NCBI GenBank assembly: GCA_902784865.1
Contig: CACZWL010000006.1
Coordinates: 40,112 to 104,111, forward strand
From: an uncultured Bacteroidota bacterium
GTDB lineage: Bacteria; Bacteroidota; Bacteroidia; Bacteroidales; P3
Direction: 5' to 3'
DNA: 64,000 bases
Position 1 is the first letter of the stretch, and each line of letters begins with the position of its first letter. A model generated the notes under the pieces. That model ran no database searches, was not told the origin of the DNA, and saw nothing but the letters and a program-made list of their open reading frames with translations. The position numbers and the translations under genes were made by a program. Of this stretch, positions 18,382 to 28,343 are shown in pieces.

Positions 18382-18864
18382 ATGAAAATAAGGACAATAG
18401 CCATCGCCGCCTGCCTGATGCTCCTCGCCGCCTGCGGCAACAAGGTCCTCGTCGACGACGAGCGCACCTTCGACAACAACGTCTGGAACCGTTTCACCCC
18501 CGAACGTTTCGACCTGGACATCGACGACGCCGACAAATACTTCCACATCGACTTCACCGCGCAGGTCGACACCGCCCTCTTCCGCTACGACCACCTGCCG
18601 CTGATTGTCGACATATACAGCGAAGACGGCGTCCACCGACACATACGCTCGCACATCATGCTGAAGACCAACGGCCGCTGGAAGGGCGAGATGAACGACG
18701 GCTACCGCGAAGTGTCGACCCGCGCCTACGAATACTTCTCGTTCAACCAGGCCGGCACCTACCGCTACGAGGTGAAGCAGGCCACGAGCCAATACGACCT
18801 CGAGGGCATCCACTCCTTCAAAGTGCACATCGAAGAAGCCAAGATAGACCTCGACAAGCTCTAG
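18382..18864 (+). CDS. GldH-like lipoprotein
   Basis: 160 aa. Lipobox LLAACG. Size and W..F.P.....D pattern resemble gliding-motility lipoprotein GldH; not verified by search. Confidence 0.5.
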   Translation: MKIRTIAIAACLMLLAACGNKVLVDDERTFDNNVWNRFTPERFDLDIDDADKYFHIDFTAQVDTALFRYDHLPLIVDIYSEDGVHRHIRSHIMLKTNGRWKGEMNDGYREVSTRAYEYFSFNQAGTYRYEVKQATSQYDLEGIHSFKVHIEEAKIDLDKL

Positions 18865-20685
18865 ATGATAGACAGCACGATAAACCCCAACATCGACCGC
18901 ATAGCGCTGAAGCTGAAGACGATACCCGAAAGCCCGGGCGTCTACCAGCACCTCGACGCCGAGGGCAAGGTCATCTATGTGGGCAAAGCGCGCAACCTGC
19001 GGTCGCGTGTGAGCAGCTACTTCTCGCACTACGACGACAAGAGCGCGAAAATCAAGATGCTGGTGCGCAACATCTACGACACCCGCGTGACGGTGGTGGC
19101 CACCGAAGTAGACGCCCTGCTGCTCGAGAATTCGCTCATCAAGCAGTACCAGCCGCGCTACAACTCGATGCTCAAGGACGACAAGTCGTACCCCTACCTG
19201 CTCATCACCGATGAGGAATACCCGCGGCTGCTCTATATCCGCAAGCATGCGCGCACGCCGCGCGGACAGCTCTTCGGCCCGTACCCCAACGGGGTGATAC
19301 TGAGACAGCTGCAGGACATCATACGCTCGCTCTTCCGCTACCGCACCTGCAACACCATGGGCAAGCGCCCCTGCATGAAGCACCAGATAGGTCTCTGCGG
19401 CGCCCCCTGCGCCGGCCTGCAGAGCCGCGAGGAATACCTGGCCACCTTCGACAACATACGCCGCATACTGCGCGGCGACTTCGACGACATACTGCACGAC
19501 CTCGAGCGGCAGATGCTGGCGCTGGCGGCCGAGCTGCGCTTCGAAGAGGCCGAGGGCGTCAAACGCCAGATACGCCTGCTCGAAGAGTACCAGAGCCGCT
19601 CCACCGTCGTCGGCACCAACGTCAAGGACGTCGACGTGGTGTCTATCGAGAGCGACGAGCGCTACGCCTGGGTGAACTTCATGCGCATACGCAACGGTGC
19701 CATCATCTACAGCTTCAGCAACGAAATCAAGAAGCAGCTCGACGAGAGCGATGCCGAGATCCTGGCCGCCGTGATCCCCGCCCTGCACGAGCAGACGGGA
19801 AGCACGGCCACCGAGGTGGTGGTGCCGATGGCCGTGGCCGACCTGCCGGAAGGCTACCTGCGGCAGAACACGGCGCCCCGCGGCGACCGCCGCAAGCTGC
19901 TCGACCTCTCGCAGCGCAACGTCGAGAGCTACCGCAAGCAGTGCCAGCACCAGCACGCGCTGACGCAAGGCGCCGCCGCGCCGCAGGCCCTCAAGCAACT
20001 GGAACGGCTGCAAAAGGCACTGCTGCTGCCGTCGCTGCCGATGGACATAGAATGCTTCGACAACAGCAACATACAAGGCGCCTACCCCGTGGCCGGCATG
20101 GTGCGCTTCACCGCCGGCAAACCCAACCGCAAGGAATACCGCAAGTTCAACATCAAGACCGTCGAAGGCCCCGACGACTACGCCTCGATGGCCGAAGTCA
20201 TCCAGCGGCGCTACAGCCGCCTGAGCGACGAGGGGGCCAAGCTGCCCGACCTGCTCATCGTCGACGGCGGCGCCGGCCAGATGGAGGTGGCGCGCGCGGT
20301 GGTCCACGACAGCCTGCACCTTCAGATACCCATCGCGGGCCTGGCCAAGAACGACCGCCACCGCACCAGCGAACTGCTGCGATACAACGAGCAGGGCGAG
20401 ATTGCCGTCGTGCAACTGAAACCCACCGACCCGCTGTTCCACCTGCTGGAGCAGATACAGAACGAGGTGCACCGCTACGCCATCACCTTCCACAAGGACA
20501 AGCGCAGCAAGGGCACCTTCCGCACCTCGCTGACCGACATTCCCGGCATCGGAGCCCAGACGGCACGCGACCTGCTGCTGCGCTTCGGCAGCGTGAAGCA
20601 GGTCGGCCTGCAGACCCTCGACGACCTCAGCGCCGCCATCGGGCCCGCCAAGGCGCAGCTGGTATACGACCACCTGCACGCTTGA
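18865..20685 (+). CDS. uvrC: Excinuclease ABC subunit C
   Basis: 606 aa. GIY-YIG N-terminus (GVYQHLDAEGKVIYVGKARNLRSRVSSYF), UVR domain, C-terminal HhH. Confidence 0.95.
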   Translation: MIDSTINPNIDRIALKLKTIPESPGVYQHLDAEGKVIYVGKARNLRSRVSSYFSHYDDKSAKIKMLVRNIYDTRVTVVATEVDALLLENSLIKQYQPRYNSMLKDDKSYPYLLITDEEYPRLLYIRKHARTPRGQLFGPYPNGVILRQLQDIIRSLFRYRTCNTMGKRPCMKHQIGLCGAPCAGLQSREEYLATFDNIRRILRGDFDDILHDLERQMLALAAELRFEEAEGVKRQIRLLEEYQSRSTVVGTNVKDVDVVSIESDERYAWVNFMRIRNGAIIYSFSNEIKKQLDESDAEILAAVIPALHEQTGSTATEVVVPMAVADLPEGYLRQNTAPRGDRRKLLDLSQRNVESYRKQCQHQHALTQGAAAPQALKQLERLQKALLLPSLPMDIECFDNSNIQGAYPVAGMVRFTAGKPNRKEYRKFNIKTVEGPDDYASMAEVIQRRYSRLSDEGAKLPDLLIVDGGAGQMEVARAVVHDSLHLQIPIAGLAKNDRHRTSELLRYNEQGEIAVVQLKPTDPLFHLLEQIQNEVHRYAITFHKDKRSKGTFRTSLTDIPGIGAQTARDLLLRFGSVKQVGLQTLDDLSAAIGPAKAQLVYDHLHA

Positions 20686-20731
20686 CCCACGCCCCCGACC
20701 GACAAGGCAAAAAACACCCCCGCACGACAGG

Positions 20732-20813
20732 CATCAGGTAGGTGTCTGGTAGGTATCTGGTAGGTGAATACTTCGACTCTTTCCCACCATTTCCCATCGA
20801 TGGGAAACGGTGG
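20732..20813. repeat. Intergenic repeat, copy 2 (GGTAGGT units + ATCGAT palindrome)
   Basis: catcaggtaggtgtctggtaggtatctggtaggtgaatacttcgactctttcccaccatttcccatcgatgggaaacggtgg. The outer stem ccacc/ggtgg flanks the core palindrome. Confidence 0.85.
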
Positions 20814-20842
20814 ATACTTTTTCCGTGCCAGGCACGAAAGAA

Positions 20843-20874
20843 GAACCCCGCAAGGGCAGTGCCTTGCAGGGTTC
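20843..20874. terminator. Hairpin between convergent uvrC and the T9SS cargo gene
   Basis: gaaccccgcaagg-gcagtg-ccttgcagggttc (13-bp stem, one G-U-type mismatch). A T-rich run lies on the minus-strand side. Confidence 0.45.
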
Positions 20875-20908
20875 TGTGGTGTTGCGCCCGTGGGCGCCGT
20901 GAGGTATT

Positions 20909-23900
20909 CTACTTGATGACCTCGATGGCACCGTTGTGCTCGACGTCGCCATTGTAGCCCTTGGCGGAGAAGCGGTAGAAGTAGGTGCCGGCGGGCATGT
21001 CGGCGGGGTCCCAGAAGTCGTCGTCGGAGGCGATGTTCTCCTTGTGGTAGACGCGGGTGCCCCACTTGTTGTAGATGTCGAGCTGGTTGACGGGGTAGGC
21101 GATACCGCCGACGAGGTTGCCGATGACGAAGCGGTCGTTGATGCCATCGCCATTGGGGGTCACGACGTTGGGGAACTGCAGGAAGTCGTTGATGACGAGC
21201 ACCGAGTTGACGACGGTGTCGCTACAGTATATGACGTGGCCGGAGGGTGCCATGTTCTGCGAGCGGGCGATGAGGGTGACGCCGTAGGCGCCGGCCGGGT
21301 TGCCCGAGACGTACTGCGTGTAGTCGAAATAGGGGTGTATGTCGTTGAGCGTGTGTACCGAGAGGGGGTTGTCCTGGCTGTACTGCATCTCCCAGATATA
21401 CTGCATGCTGGTGTTGAGGGGTTCGGAGAGGTTGGTGAACTGCACCACGGGGTCGAGCACCGAGGGGTAGGCCGGTTCCCACATGAAGGCTGCCTTGGGC
21501 GAAGGATAGACCGAGATGGAGGAGACGGCGATGATGGAGTCGATGCACTGCTCGTCGGAGAGGGCGTAGTACTTGAGCGTGTAGGTGCCCTCGTCGTAGG
21601 TATGCGTGGGGTTGGGCGAGGTGGAGGTGTTGCCGTCGCCGAAGTCCCAGCGATGGCTGACGGCGTCGACGCTGCGGTTCTCGAAGGTGAGGGTCAGCGG
21701 CGCGCAGCCTTCCAGTTCGAAGGGCGAGGGGTAGATGCTGGGGAAGGGCTGCTTGCGGAGGCGGACGGTGATGGTGTCGCGAGCCTCGCAGGTGGTGAAG
21801 TTCTGGGTGTTGGAGACGAGGACTTCGTAGTGGAGGTCGCTGTTGACCTCTTCCTGGGTGGTGATGGTGCCGTCGACCTCGCCGAAGGGGCTCCAGGCGA
21901 ACGAGTAGTTCTGGGTGGCCGTGTGGCGGTCGGTGGCGTCAAGCTCCATGGTGGCGTCGCCGCAGAGGGTGGTGTCGGCGCCGAGGCGGGGCGTGGGGGT
22001 CCAGTAGGAGGTGATGGTGGTGCTGGTGTCCCAGGTGCAACCGAACTCGTCGTAGACGGTCACGAGGATGGGGAAGGTGCCGGCGGTGTCGGGCGTAGAG
22101 ATATAGCTGACGACGGGGCTCTCCTGGTAGACCTTGAGGCCACGGTAGCGGCCGAGGTCATAGTCGTGGTACTGGGGCGAGGGGTCGGGGGTCCAGACGA
22201 GCGAGTCGAAGCCGACCTCGTACTTGCAGTCGCTGTTGAGCGAGACGTTGCAGATGTCGAGGCTCCAGTTGAAAATCCAGCCATTGTCGGAGTTCCACGT
22301 GTCGTAGACGCGGATTTTCCATATGCCGTTGAGGGGGCAGCCGATGAGCTCGTCGAAGTTGGTCCAAGGCAGGTAGTAGTCGGTCTTCTCCTCGTGGTTG
22401 CTGGGCTTCTTGGTAGTCTGGCTGCCCGAACCCGGCGACTGGCCGCCCTGTGCAAAGTGCGCGGGCAGCGGCGGCACCGTCTCGTAGGCGTTGATGGTGT
22501 AGCCACTGGAGGAAATGTAGAAGTTGCCCACGGGCTTGGGGTCGTTGGCCGACCACACGGCCTTGGCATTCTGGCCGGTGACGAGGATATAGTTGGTGTC
22601 GCGGCTGAAGCAGTAGTCGTAGCCGATGCCGAAGGGGTTGGTCAGCGAGTCGCACTTGTTGCTGACGTTGTCGCCCCAGCCACCAAAACCATCAAGCGGG
22701 AAACCAAGGAATGTGCCACCGCCGGTTTCGCCACCACCACGGAACTGCACGCCCGTGGTAGGATCGGATGTGGGGGCCGACGAAGGAATTCCCGCCGGAT
22801 TACAGTTACTCGGATTACCCCACTTGAGGACAGCCTCCTGGCCCGTGGGGCAGACAATCGTCATGTAGATATCGCCCATGAAGCTGTGTTCCATGTTGAT
22901 GCAGATGGAGCAGATGTCCGCTGCCGTCTGGACTCGCTTGTTGGGGAACTCGGTGAACTCGACGGGGGCCTCGAAGTAGCTCGGGTTGGCGCAGTTGCAG
23001 CCGTCGGGGATGAAGGTGCGGACTTCGAAGGTCTTACTGACGGAGCTGTCCTGCTCGACCTTGCGGAGGGTAAGGGTGGCGTTGCGCGAATCGTAGCCCA
23101 TGGAGACCATCAGGGAGTCGTTGTTGCAGATGTCCTCGAGGGTATAGATGGTCTTGATGGGGTTCATCGAGGTGCGCACCTTGACGGCAGTATAGATGGT
23201 GCTGGGGCAGCCATAGACGTCGAGAAGGCTCAGCTGCAGGTCGTAGCAACCCTGGCGCTGGTAGTCTTCGTAGGCAACCTGCGTGACGTTCAGGCCCATA
23301 ATGGAATCTTCCTGGTTGTCGAAGTTCCAATAGAACATGGAGGTCTCGTCGCTGGGCACATAGTAGCCATACTTGTATGAGTACTCGCCGTGGCCGCGGA
23401 AGATGACGCCGTCGCCGATGCAGAGGTGGGCGCCGATGAAGGAGTTGGTGTCGATCTTCTCGACCACCTTGATTGTGTCGTCGACGATGCGGAAGATGGT
23501 GTCGTAGACGGTCACCAGACGGGTGGTCGCCGAGTCGTAGACGACGCCGTTGCGGGTGCGGTAGAAGACCGAGTCGATGACCGGGATGACGTCCTCGCAG
23601 GGGCGCGAGCAGTAGATAGAGATGGCAAAGCCCTCGCCAATGGTGCCCCTGTTGACGAAGCAAGGCAGGTGGGTGCGTGCGGTGTCGAGCTGCGGATCGG
23701 TGCGGAAGCGGACGGTGATGGCACCAGTGATGTTCGTGGGCGACTCGAAGATGATGTCGCCCTCGTGGATATTGCCCGTGCTGGCGTTGCACTTGAAGAG
23801 CAGCGGGGCGAGGGTGTCGACGCCGCTGTAGACATAGAGCGTGTCGAGGCAATGCACGGAGAGGGTGTCGATGCGGATGGCTATACGAGCGCCGACGCCG

Positions 23901-24136
23901 CAGCCGCCGGTCACGGTGGCATAGTAGTCCTTGCCGACCTGGGGCGAGCCCGTCAAGGGAGCGCCCATGCCGCGCGAGTCGTCGTCGCGGATGGTGACTG
24001 AAGCGCCGTCCATCGAAATGATCTTGGCATGGGTTGAAGTATCCAGACGGTAGACAAACTCCTGGTTCTGTGCACTGACCCTGACGGCGGGAACCAGCAG
24101 GAAAGCCAGCGTCATTATTGCGAATATCCTTTTCAT
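20909..24136 (-). CDS. Large secreted protein with PKD domain, P-domain-like region and T9SS type-B C-terminal sorting domain
   Basis: 1075 aa with a signal peptide. HRWDFGDGNTSTSPNPTHTY (PKD). C-terminus TPNGDGINDRFVI...IYNKWGTRVY...GTYFYRF (gliding-motility-associated CTD). Confidence 0.85.
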   Translation of the reverse strand: MKRIFAIMTLAFLLVPAVRVSAQNQEFVYRLDTSTHAKIISMDGASVTIRDDDSRGMGAPLTGSPQVGKDYYATVTGGCGVGARIAIRIDTLSVHCLDTLYVYSGVDTLAPLLFKCNASTGNIHEGDIIFESPTNITGAITVRFRTDPQLDTARTHLPCFVNRGTIGEGFAISIYCSRPCEDVIPVIDSVFYRTRNGVVYDSATTRLVTVYDTIFRIVDDTIKVVEKIDTNSFIGAHLCIGDGVIFRGHGEYSYKYGYYVPSDETSMFYWNFDNQEDSIMGLNVTQVAYEDYQRQGCYDLQLSLLDVYGCPSTIYTAVKVRTSMNPIKTIYTLEDICNNDSLMVSMGYDSRNATLTLRKVEQDSSVSKTFEVRTFIPDGCNCANPSYFEAPVEFTEFPNKRVQTAADICSICINMEHSFMGDIYMTIVCPTGQEAVLKWGNPSNCNPAGIPSSAPTSDPTTGVQFRGGGETGGGTFLGFPLDGFGGWGDNVSNKCDSLTNPFGIGYDYCFSRDTNYILVTGQNAKAVWSANDPKPVGNFYISSSGYTINAYETVPPLPAHFAQGGQSPGSGSQTTKKPSNHEEKTDYYLPWTNFDELIGCPLNGIWKIRVYDTWNSDNGWIFNWSLDICNVSLNSDCKYEVGFDSLVWTPDPSPQYHDYDLGRYRGLKVYQESPVVSYISTPDTAGTFPILVTVYDEFGCTWDTSTTITSYWTPTPRLGADTTLCGDATMELDATDRHTATQNYSFAWSPFGEVDGTITTQEEVNSDLHYEVLVSNTQNFTTCEARDTITVRLRKQPFPSIYPSPFELEGCAPLTLTFENRSVDAVSHRWDFGDGNTSTSPNPTHTYDEGTYTLKYYALSDEQCIDSIIAVSSISVYPSPKAAFMWEPAYPSVLDPVVQFTNLSEPLNTSMQYIWEMQYSQDNPLSVHTLNDIHPYFDYTQYVSGNPAGAYGVTLIARSQNMAPSGHVIYCSDTVVNSVLVINDFLQFPNVVTPNGDGINDRFVIGNLVGGIAYPVNQLDIYNKWGTRVYHKENIASDDDFWDPADMPAGTYFYRFSAKGYNGDVEHNGAIEVIK

Positions 24137-24184
24137 AAACTAACTGATTATATTATCATTAAAACACTACGGCCCGTCTTTCGG

Positions 24185-24643
24185 TCAACGACGGCCCTCT
24201 GCCTCCCACAGTTTGGTGGCAAGTTCGTTGATTTGGTCGAGCGAACGGAGCACCAGGTAGGGGTGCGCCGAGGAGGGTGTCGGGAAGTAGATTACCGTAG
24301 CGCCGGTAGGATACTGCAGCTGGAGCTGGCGGAAGTTGTAGGCATAGTAACTCAACGTACCCAGGTCGACCACCAACGAGGAACTGAGCCTGCTGCCGGA
24401 GACCACGTCGGCAACCTCGGTGAGGCTGTGCTGCTCGGCACCCGCCGGGATGGTGTCGGACTCGTAGAAGGCCGAGCGGACATAGGCACAACGCCAGGCG
24501 AATTTGTCGGGCACCTGCGACTGATAGGCTTCCATGCGGGCAGCGTCGTTGCCGAAATAAGGCAAGAGCAAGGCCTCGCAATTCTGGGCTTTAAGCCCGA
24601 CACATGCCATCAGGAGGGCGGCGGATAATAGGATACGTTTCAT
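24185..24643 (-). CDS. Hypothetical secreted protein
   Basis: 152 aa. Signal peptide MKRILLSAALLMACVGLKAQ. Lies 48 nt upstream of the T9SS cargo gene on the same strand. Confidence 0.55.
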   Translation of the reverse strand: MKRILLSAALLMACVGLKAQNCEALLLPYFGNDAARMEAYQSQVPDKFAWRCAYVRSAFYESDTIPAGAEQHSLTEVADVVSGSRLSSSLVVDLGTLSYYAYNFRQLQLQYPTGATVIYFPTPSSAHPYLVLRSLDQINELATKLWEAEGRR

Positions 24644-24730
24644 GACTATATTGTTATGTTGTTTTACTTGTTCGCGTCTTTTCCATAAAGACGGCGAGGG
24701 TCGGAAATCGGCTCAGACTTTAACAATCTT

Positions 24731-25330
24731 TTATGATTTTTTAACACTTCTGTTGCGGAGGTGGTTGATGAGAGCCATGAGCAGACCGAGGGCGAGGAAG
24801 CCGCCGGGAGGCAGGATCATCATCAGCATACCGTCGGCGCCGCCGATAACGGAGTGGCCGAAGATGCAACCGGTGCCAAGGAGCTCGCGGACAAGGCCTA
24901 GGAGTGTGAGCGCCCAGGTGAAGCCGAGGCCCATGAAGATGCCGTCGAGGGCCGACTGTCCGACGCTGTTCTTGGAGGCGAAGGCTTCGGCACGGCCGAG
25001 GACAATGCAGTTGACGACGATGAGAGAAATGAAGAGGCCCAGGCTGTCGTAGAGGGCAGGCAGGTAGGCTTTCATGACCATCTCGACCATGGTGACGAAG
25101 GTGGCGATGATGACGATAAAGGCAGGGATACGCACCTTGTCGGGGATGACGCTCTTGAGGAGCGAGATGACGATGTTGGACATCATGAGGACAAAAGTGG
25201 TAGCCAGGCCCATACTCATGCCGTTGATGGCCGAGGTGGTGGTGGCCAGCGTGGGGCACATGCCGAGGATGAGCACCCAGATGGGGTTCTCCTTGATAAG
25301 TCCGTTCTTGATAATATCAGCTGTTTTCAT
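24731..25330 (-). CDS. rnfE: Rnf complex subunit E
   Basis: Start MKTADIIKNGLIKENP. LGMCPTLATTTSAINGMSMG and LIVVNCIVLGRAEAFASKN are RnfE-type rather than RnfA-type motifs. Confidence 0.85.
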   Translation of the reverse strand: MKTADIIKNGLIKENPIWVLILGMCPTLATTTSAINGMSMGLATTFVLMMSNIVISLLKSVIPDKVRIPAFIVIIATFVTMVEMVMKAYLPALYDSLGLFISLIVVNCIVLGRAEAFASKNSVGQSALDGIFMGLGFTWALTLLGLVRELLGTGCIFGHSVIGGADGMLMMILPPGGFLALGLLMALINHLRNRSVKKS

Positions 25331-25343
25331 AATGTTTTCGGTT

Positions 25344-25907
25344 TTAGATGGTGATATTGGAGAAGATAGCGGAGGCTTCGTTGACGATGTCGAGGAAGGC
25401 GCGCGAGGTGATGGTGGAGCCTGTGATGGCGTCGATGTCGCCACCGTCTTTCTTCACCTTGAGGTCGCCGTCGGCGGGCTTACGGGTGATGATGTCGCCC
25501 TTGTTGCCCTGCTGGAACCAGAGGTCGGCCTTGGCGCCGAGACCCGGGGTCTCGTGGGTCTCAAGAATTTGATAGCCAGTGACCTGCCCGTCGGCATTGA
25601 AGCCGACCATGAGCTGCAGGCGGCCGCCGAAGCCCTTGTCGTTGCCAGCCTCGATGGCGGCACCCACAAACTCGCCGCTCTGGTCGAAGGCCACGTGGCA
25701 CACATGGTCGTCGACGGTGCGGTCGTCGAGCGAGGCGAACTCGGGAAGGACGGCGCTGATGGCCTGTTCGACCTTGGCCTGCTGGGCCTTGGCAACAGGC
25801 TCCTTGGTCACTCCATTGAGGGCTGCCAACGCTGCGGCAGCCACAAGTGCTATCGCCGTGAGCGACAGCAGCATATTGATTAATGTCGATTGTGCTTTCT
25901 TTGCCAT
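25344..25907 (-). CDS. rnfG: Rnf complex subunit G (FMN-binding)
   Basis: 187 aa. ETPGLGAK and AITGSTITSRA FMN-attachment motif. Confidence 0.85.
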   Translation of the reverse strand: MAKKAQSTLINMLLSLTAIALVAAAALAALNGVTKEPVAKAQQAKVEQAISAVLPEFASLDDRTVDDHVCHVAFDQSGEFVGAAIEAGNDKGFGGRLQLMVGFNADGQVTGYQILETHETPGLGAKADLWFQQGNKGDIITRKPADGDLKVKKDGGDIDAITGSTITSRAFLDIVNEASAIFSNITI

Positions 25908-25950
25908 AATAGTATTGTCTTAACTACTTATCTTCTGTCTACTTGAACAC

Positions 25951-26910
25951 TTAATTAGCGAAGCGTGCTGGTTTGCACCAGCGGTTGATGAGCGGGGTGA
26001 CGCTGTTCATCAGCAGGATGGCGAAGGAGACGCCTTCTGGGTAGGCACCCCAGTTGCGGATGATGATGGTCAGCAGGCCGCAGCCGAAGCCGAAGAGGAG
26101 CTGTCCACTCTTGGACATGGGCGAGGTGACCATATCGGTGGCCATGAAGCAGGCGCCCAGCATGATGCCGCCGGTGAAGATGGTCATGACGGGATCCATG
26201 TACTGCTCGGGGTTGACCAGCCAAAGGATGGCGCTGAAAACGAGGGCGGTGCCGATGAAGGCGACGGGGATGTGCCAGGTGATGACTTTCTTCCAGAGGA
26301 GGTAGCAGGCGCCGAGGAGGATGGCCAAGGCGGAGATCTCGCCGAGCGAGCCGCCGATGTGGCCGAGGAAGGCATCCATGAGGGTGACGCTCTCGGGCAG
26401 GGAATTCTCCTTGAAGGCTGCGAGGGGGGTGGCGCCGGTGGCCACGTCGAAGTTCATGGGGAAGATGCCGTCGACGACGGGCCATGTGGTCATCTGCACG
26501 GGGAAGGAGATGAGCAGGAAGACACGTCCGACGAGGGCGGGGTTGAAGGGGTTCTTGCCCAGGCCACCGAAGGACATCTTGCCGATGCCGATGGCGACGA
26601 GGGCGCCGATGATGACAATCCACATCATATCGACCGTGGAGGGCACGTTGAAGGCCAAGAGGAGACCGGTGACGATGGCTGAGCCGTCGGCGATGGTGCT
26701 GGGCACTTTGAGGATGAATTTCTCAATCAGCCACTGGAAGAGGACGCAGGCAGCCACAGAGATGAGGCTCACGAGGAGGGCGTTGATGCCGAAGTAGGCG
26801 ATGGCCACGAGCAGCGCCGGCACAAGGGCCAGGTTGACGCGCCACATGATTTTCTTGGTAGACTCGTCGCTGTGCACGTGGGGCGAGCCCGATATATTTA
26901 ATAGATTCAT
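25951..26910 (-). CDS. rnfD: Rnf complex subunit D
   Basis: 319 aa polytopic membrane protein of the NqrB/RnfD type (SPHVH..., GGLGKNPFNPAL). Confidence 0.9.
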   Translation of the reverse strand: MNLLNISGSPHVHSDESTKKIMWRVNLALVPALLVAIAYFGINALLVSLISVAACVLFQWLIEKFILKVPSTIADGSAIVTGLLLAFNVPSTVDMMWIVIIGALVAIGIGKMSFGGLGKNPFNPALVGRVFLLISFPVQMTTWPVVDGIFPMNFDVATGATPLAAFKENSLPESVTLMDAFLGHIGGSLGEISALAILLGACYLLWKKVITWHIPVAFIGTALVFSAILWLVNPEQYMDPVMTIFTGGIMLGACFMATDMVTSPMSKSGQLLFGFGCGLLTIIIRNWGAYPEGVSFAILLMNSVTPLINRWCKPARFAN

Positions 26911-26978
26911 ATTATATATATATTTCTGATTACTGACTTTTTAACTTTTGAGCGTGTCTGGACAATACTCAAATTTCA

Positions 26979-28307
26979 TCATTTCTTGGCGGCCATCATG
27001 GCGCGGACGCGGTTCTTGCCGAGGCGGATCTCGTCGGTGAGGGGCTTGTTGGCCGGACAGCTGAAGAAGCAGCAGCCGCACTCGATGCAGTCGAGGATGT
27101 TGGCATCCTTGGCTTCCTCGGTACGTCCGTTGCGCACCAGGGCGGAGAAGAGGTAGGGTTCGAGGCCCATGGGGCAGGCGTTCATGCACTTGCCACAGCG
27201 TATGCAGGCGGTCTCGGGGGCGCGGCGGGCCTCGCCCTCGTCCATGACCAGCACGCTGGCATTACCCTTCACGGTGGGGGCGTCGAGGTTGACGATGGCC
27301 TTGCCCATCATGGTGCCGCCGGAGATGACCTTGCCTGTGGTGGCGGGCAACTCGCCGATGCTGTGCTTGACGATGTCGTTGAAAGTCGTACCGATACGCA
27401 CCACGTAGTTGTGCTGCGAGGGCAGCTTCTTGCCGGTGACGGTGAGGATGTTCTCGATGAGGGGTTTATTTTTCTGGATAGCCTCGTAGACGGCGAAGCA
27501 GGTGCCGACGTTGGAGACGACGCAGCCCACGTCGATGGGCAGCTTGCCGCTGGGCACCTTGCGGCCGGTAACGGCGTTGATGAGCTGTTTTTCTGCACCC
27601 TGGGGGTATTTCACCTTGAGGGGTTCAATCACAATGCCTTCGAACTGGCGGGCGGCCTCCTGCATCTTGGCGATGGCCTGGGGCTTGTTGCTCTCGATGC
27701 CGACGTAGGCGGCGGGGACGCCGAGGGCTTTGCGCAGGATGCTGATGCCGATGCATATCTCTTCGGCATGCTCCATCATGACGCGGTAGTCGGAGGTGAG
27801 GTATGGCTCGCACTCGGCGGCGTTGATGATAAGGTACTCGGCCTTCTTGCCGTCGGGGATGCTATACTTGATGTGCGCGGGGAAGGTGGCGCCGCCGAGA
27901 CCGACGATGCCCATCTCTTTGAGCTTGGCGACGATGGCGGCGGGCTCGAGGTCGCACTGGCGCTTGATGTCTGGGGTGCGGTCGATGGTCTCCATCCACT
28001 CGTCGCCCTCGACGGCGATATGGACGGCGGGCTTGTCGAGGCCGAAGGCATCCTTGCAGGGTTCGACCTTGAGAACGGTGCCGCTGACGGGCGAGTGGAC
28101 ATTGGCGCACATGAAGGCCTGGGCCTCGCCGATGAGCTGGCCGACCTTGACCTTATCGCCTTTCTGGACCACCGGGGTGGCGGGGGCGCCGAGGTGCTGG
28201 TTCATCAGGACCACCATCTGGGCAGGCACAGGCATCACTTCGATGGCGGCATCGTTGGATATCTTGTTTTCTTCGGGGTGGACACCACCCATTTTGAAAG
28301 TCTTCAT
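26979..28307 (-). CDS. rnfC: Rnf complex subunit C
   Basis: 442 aa. Two 4Fe-4S motifs (CIRCGKCMNACP, CIECGCCFFSCP) and an NADH/FMN-binding-like core. Confidence 0.9.
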   Translation of the reverse strand: MKTFKMGGVHPEENKISNDAAIEVMPVPAQMVVLMNQHLGAPATPVVQKGDKVKVGQLIGEAQAFMCANVHSPVSGTVLKVEPCKDAFGLDKPAVHIAVEGDEWMETIDRTPDIKRQCDLEPAAIVAKLKEMGIVGLGGATFPAHIKYSIPDGKKAEYLIINAAECEPYLTSDYRVMMEHAEEICIGISILRKALGVPAAYVGIESNKPQAIAKMQEAARQFEGIVIEPLKVKYPQGAEKQLINAVTGRKVPSGKLPIDVGCVVSNVGTCFAVYEAIQKNKPLIENILTVTGKKLPSQHNYVVRIGTTFNDIVKHSIGELPATTGKVISGGTMMGKAIVNLDAPTVKGNASVLVMDEGEARRAPETACIRCGKCMNACPMGLEPYLFSALVRNGRTEEAKDANILDCIECGCCFFSCPANKPLTDEIRLGKNRVRAMMAAKK

Positions 28308-28312
28308 CTCTT

Positions 28313-28343
28313 CAAATTGAAAATTGAGGATTGGAAATTGAAA
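28313..28343. repeat. Heptamer (aaaattg-type) tandem tract forming the rnfB-rnfC spacer
   Basis: caaattg aaaattg aggattg gaaattg aaatt between the rnfB stop (28344) and the rnfC start (28307). Confidence 0.7.
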
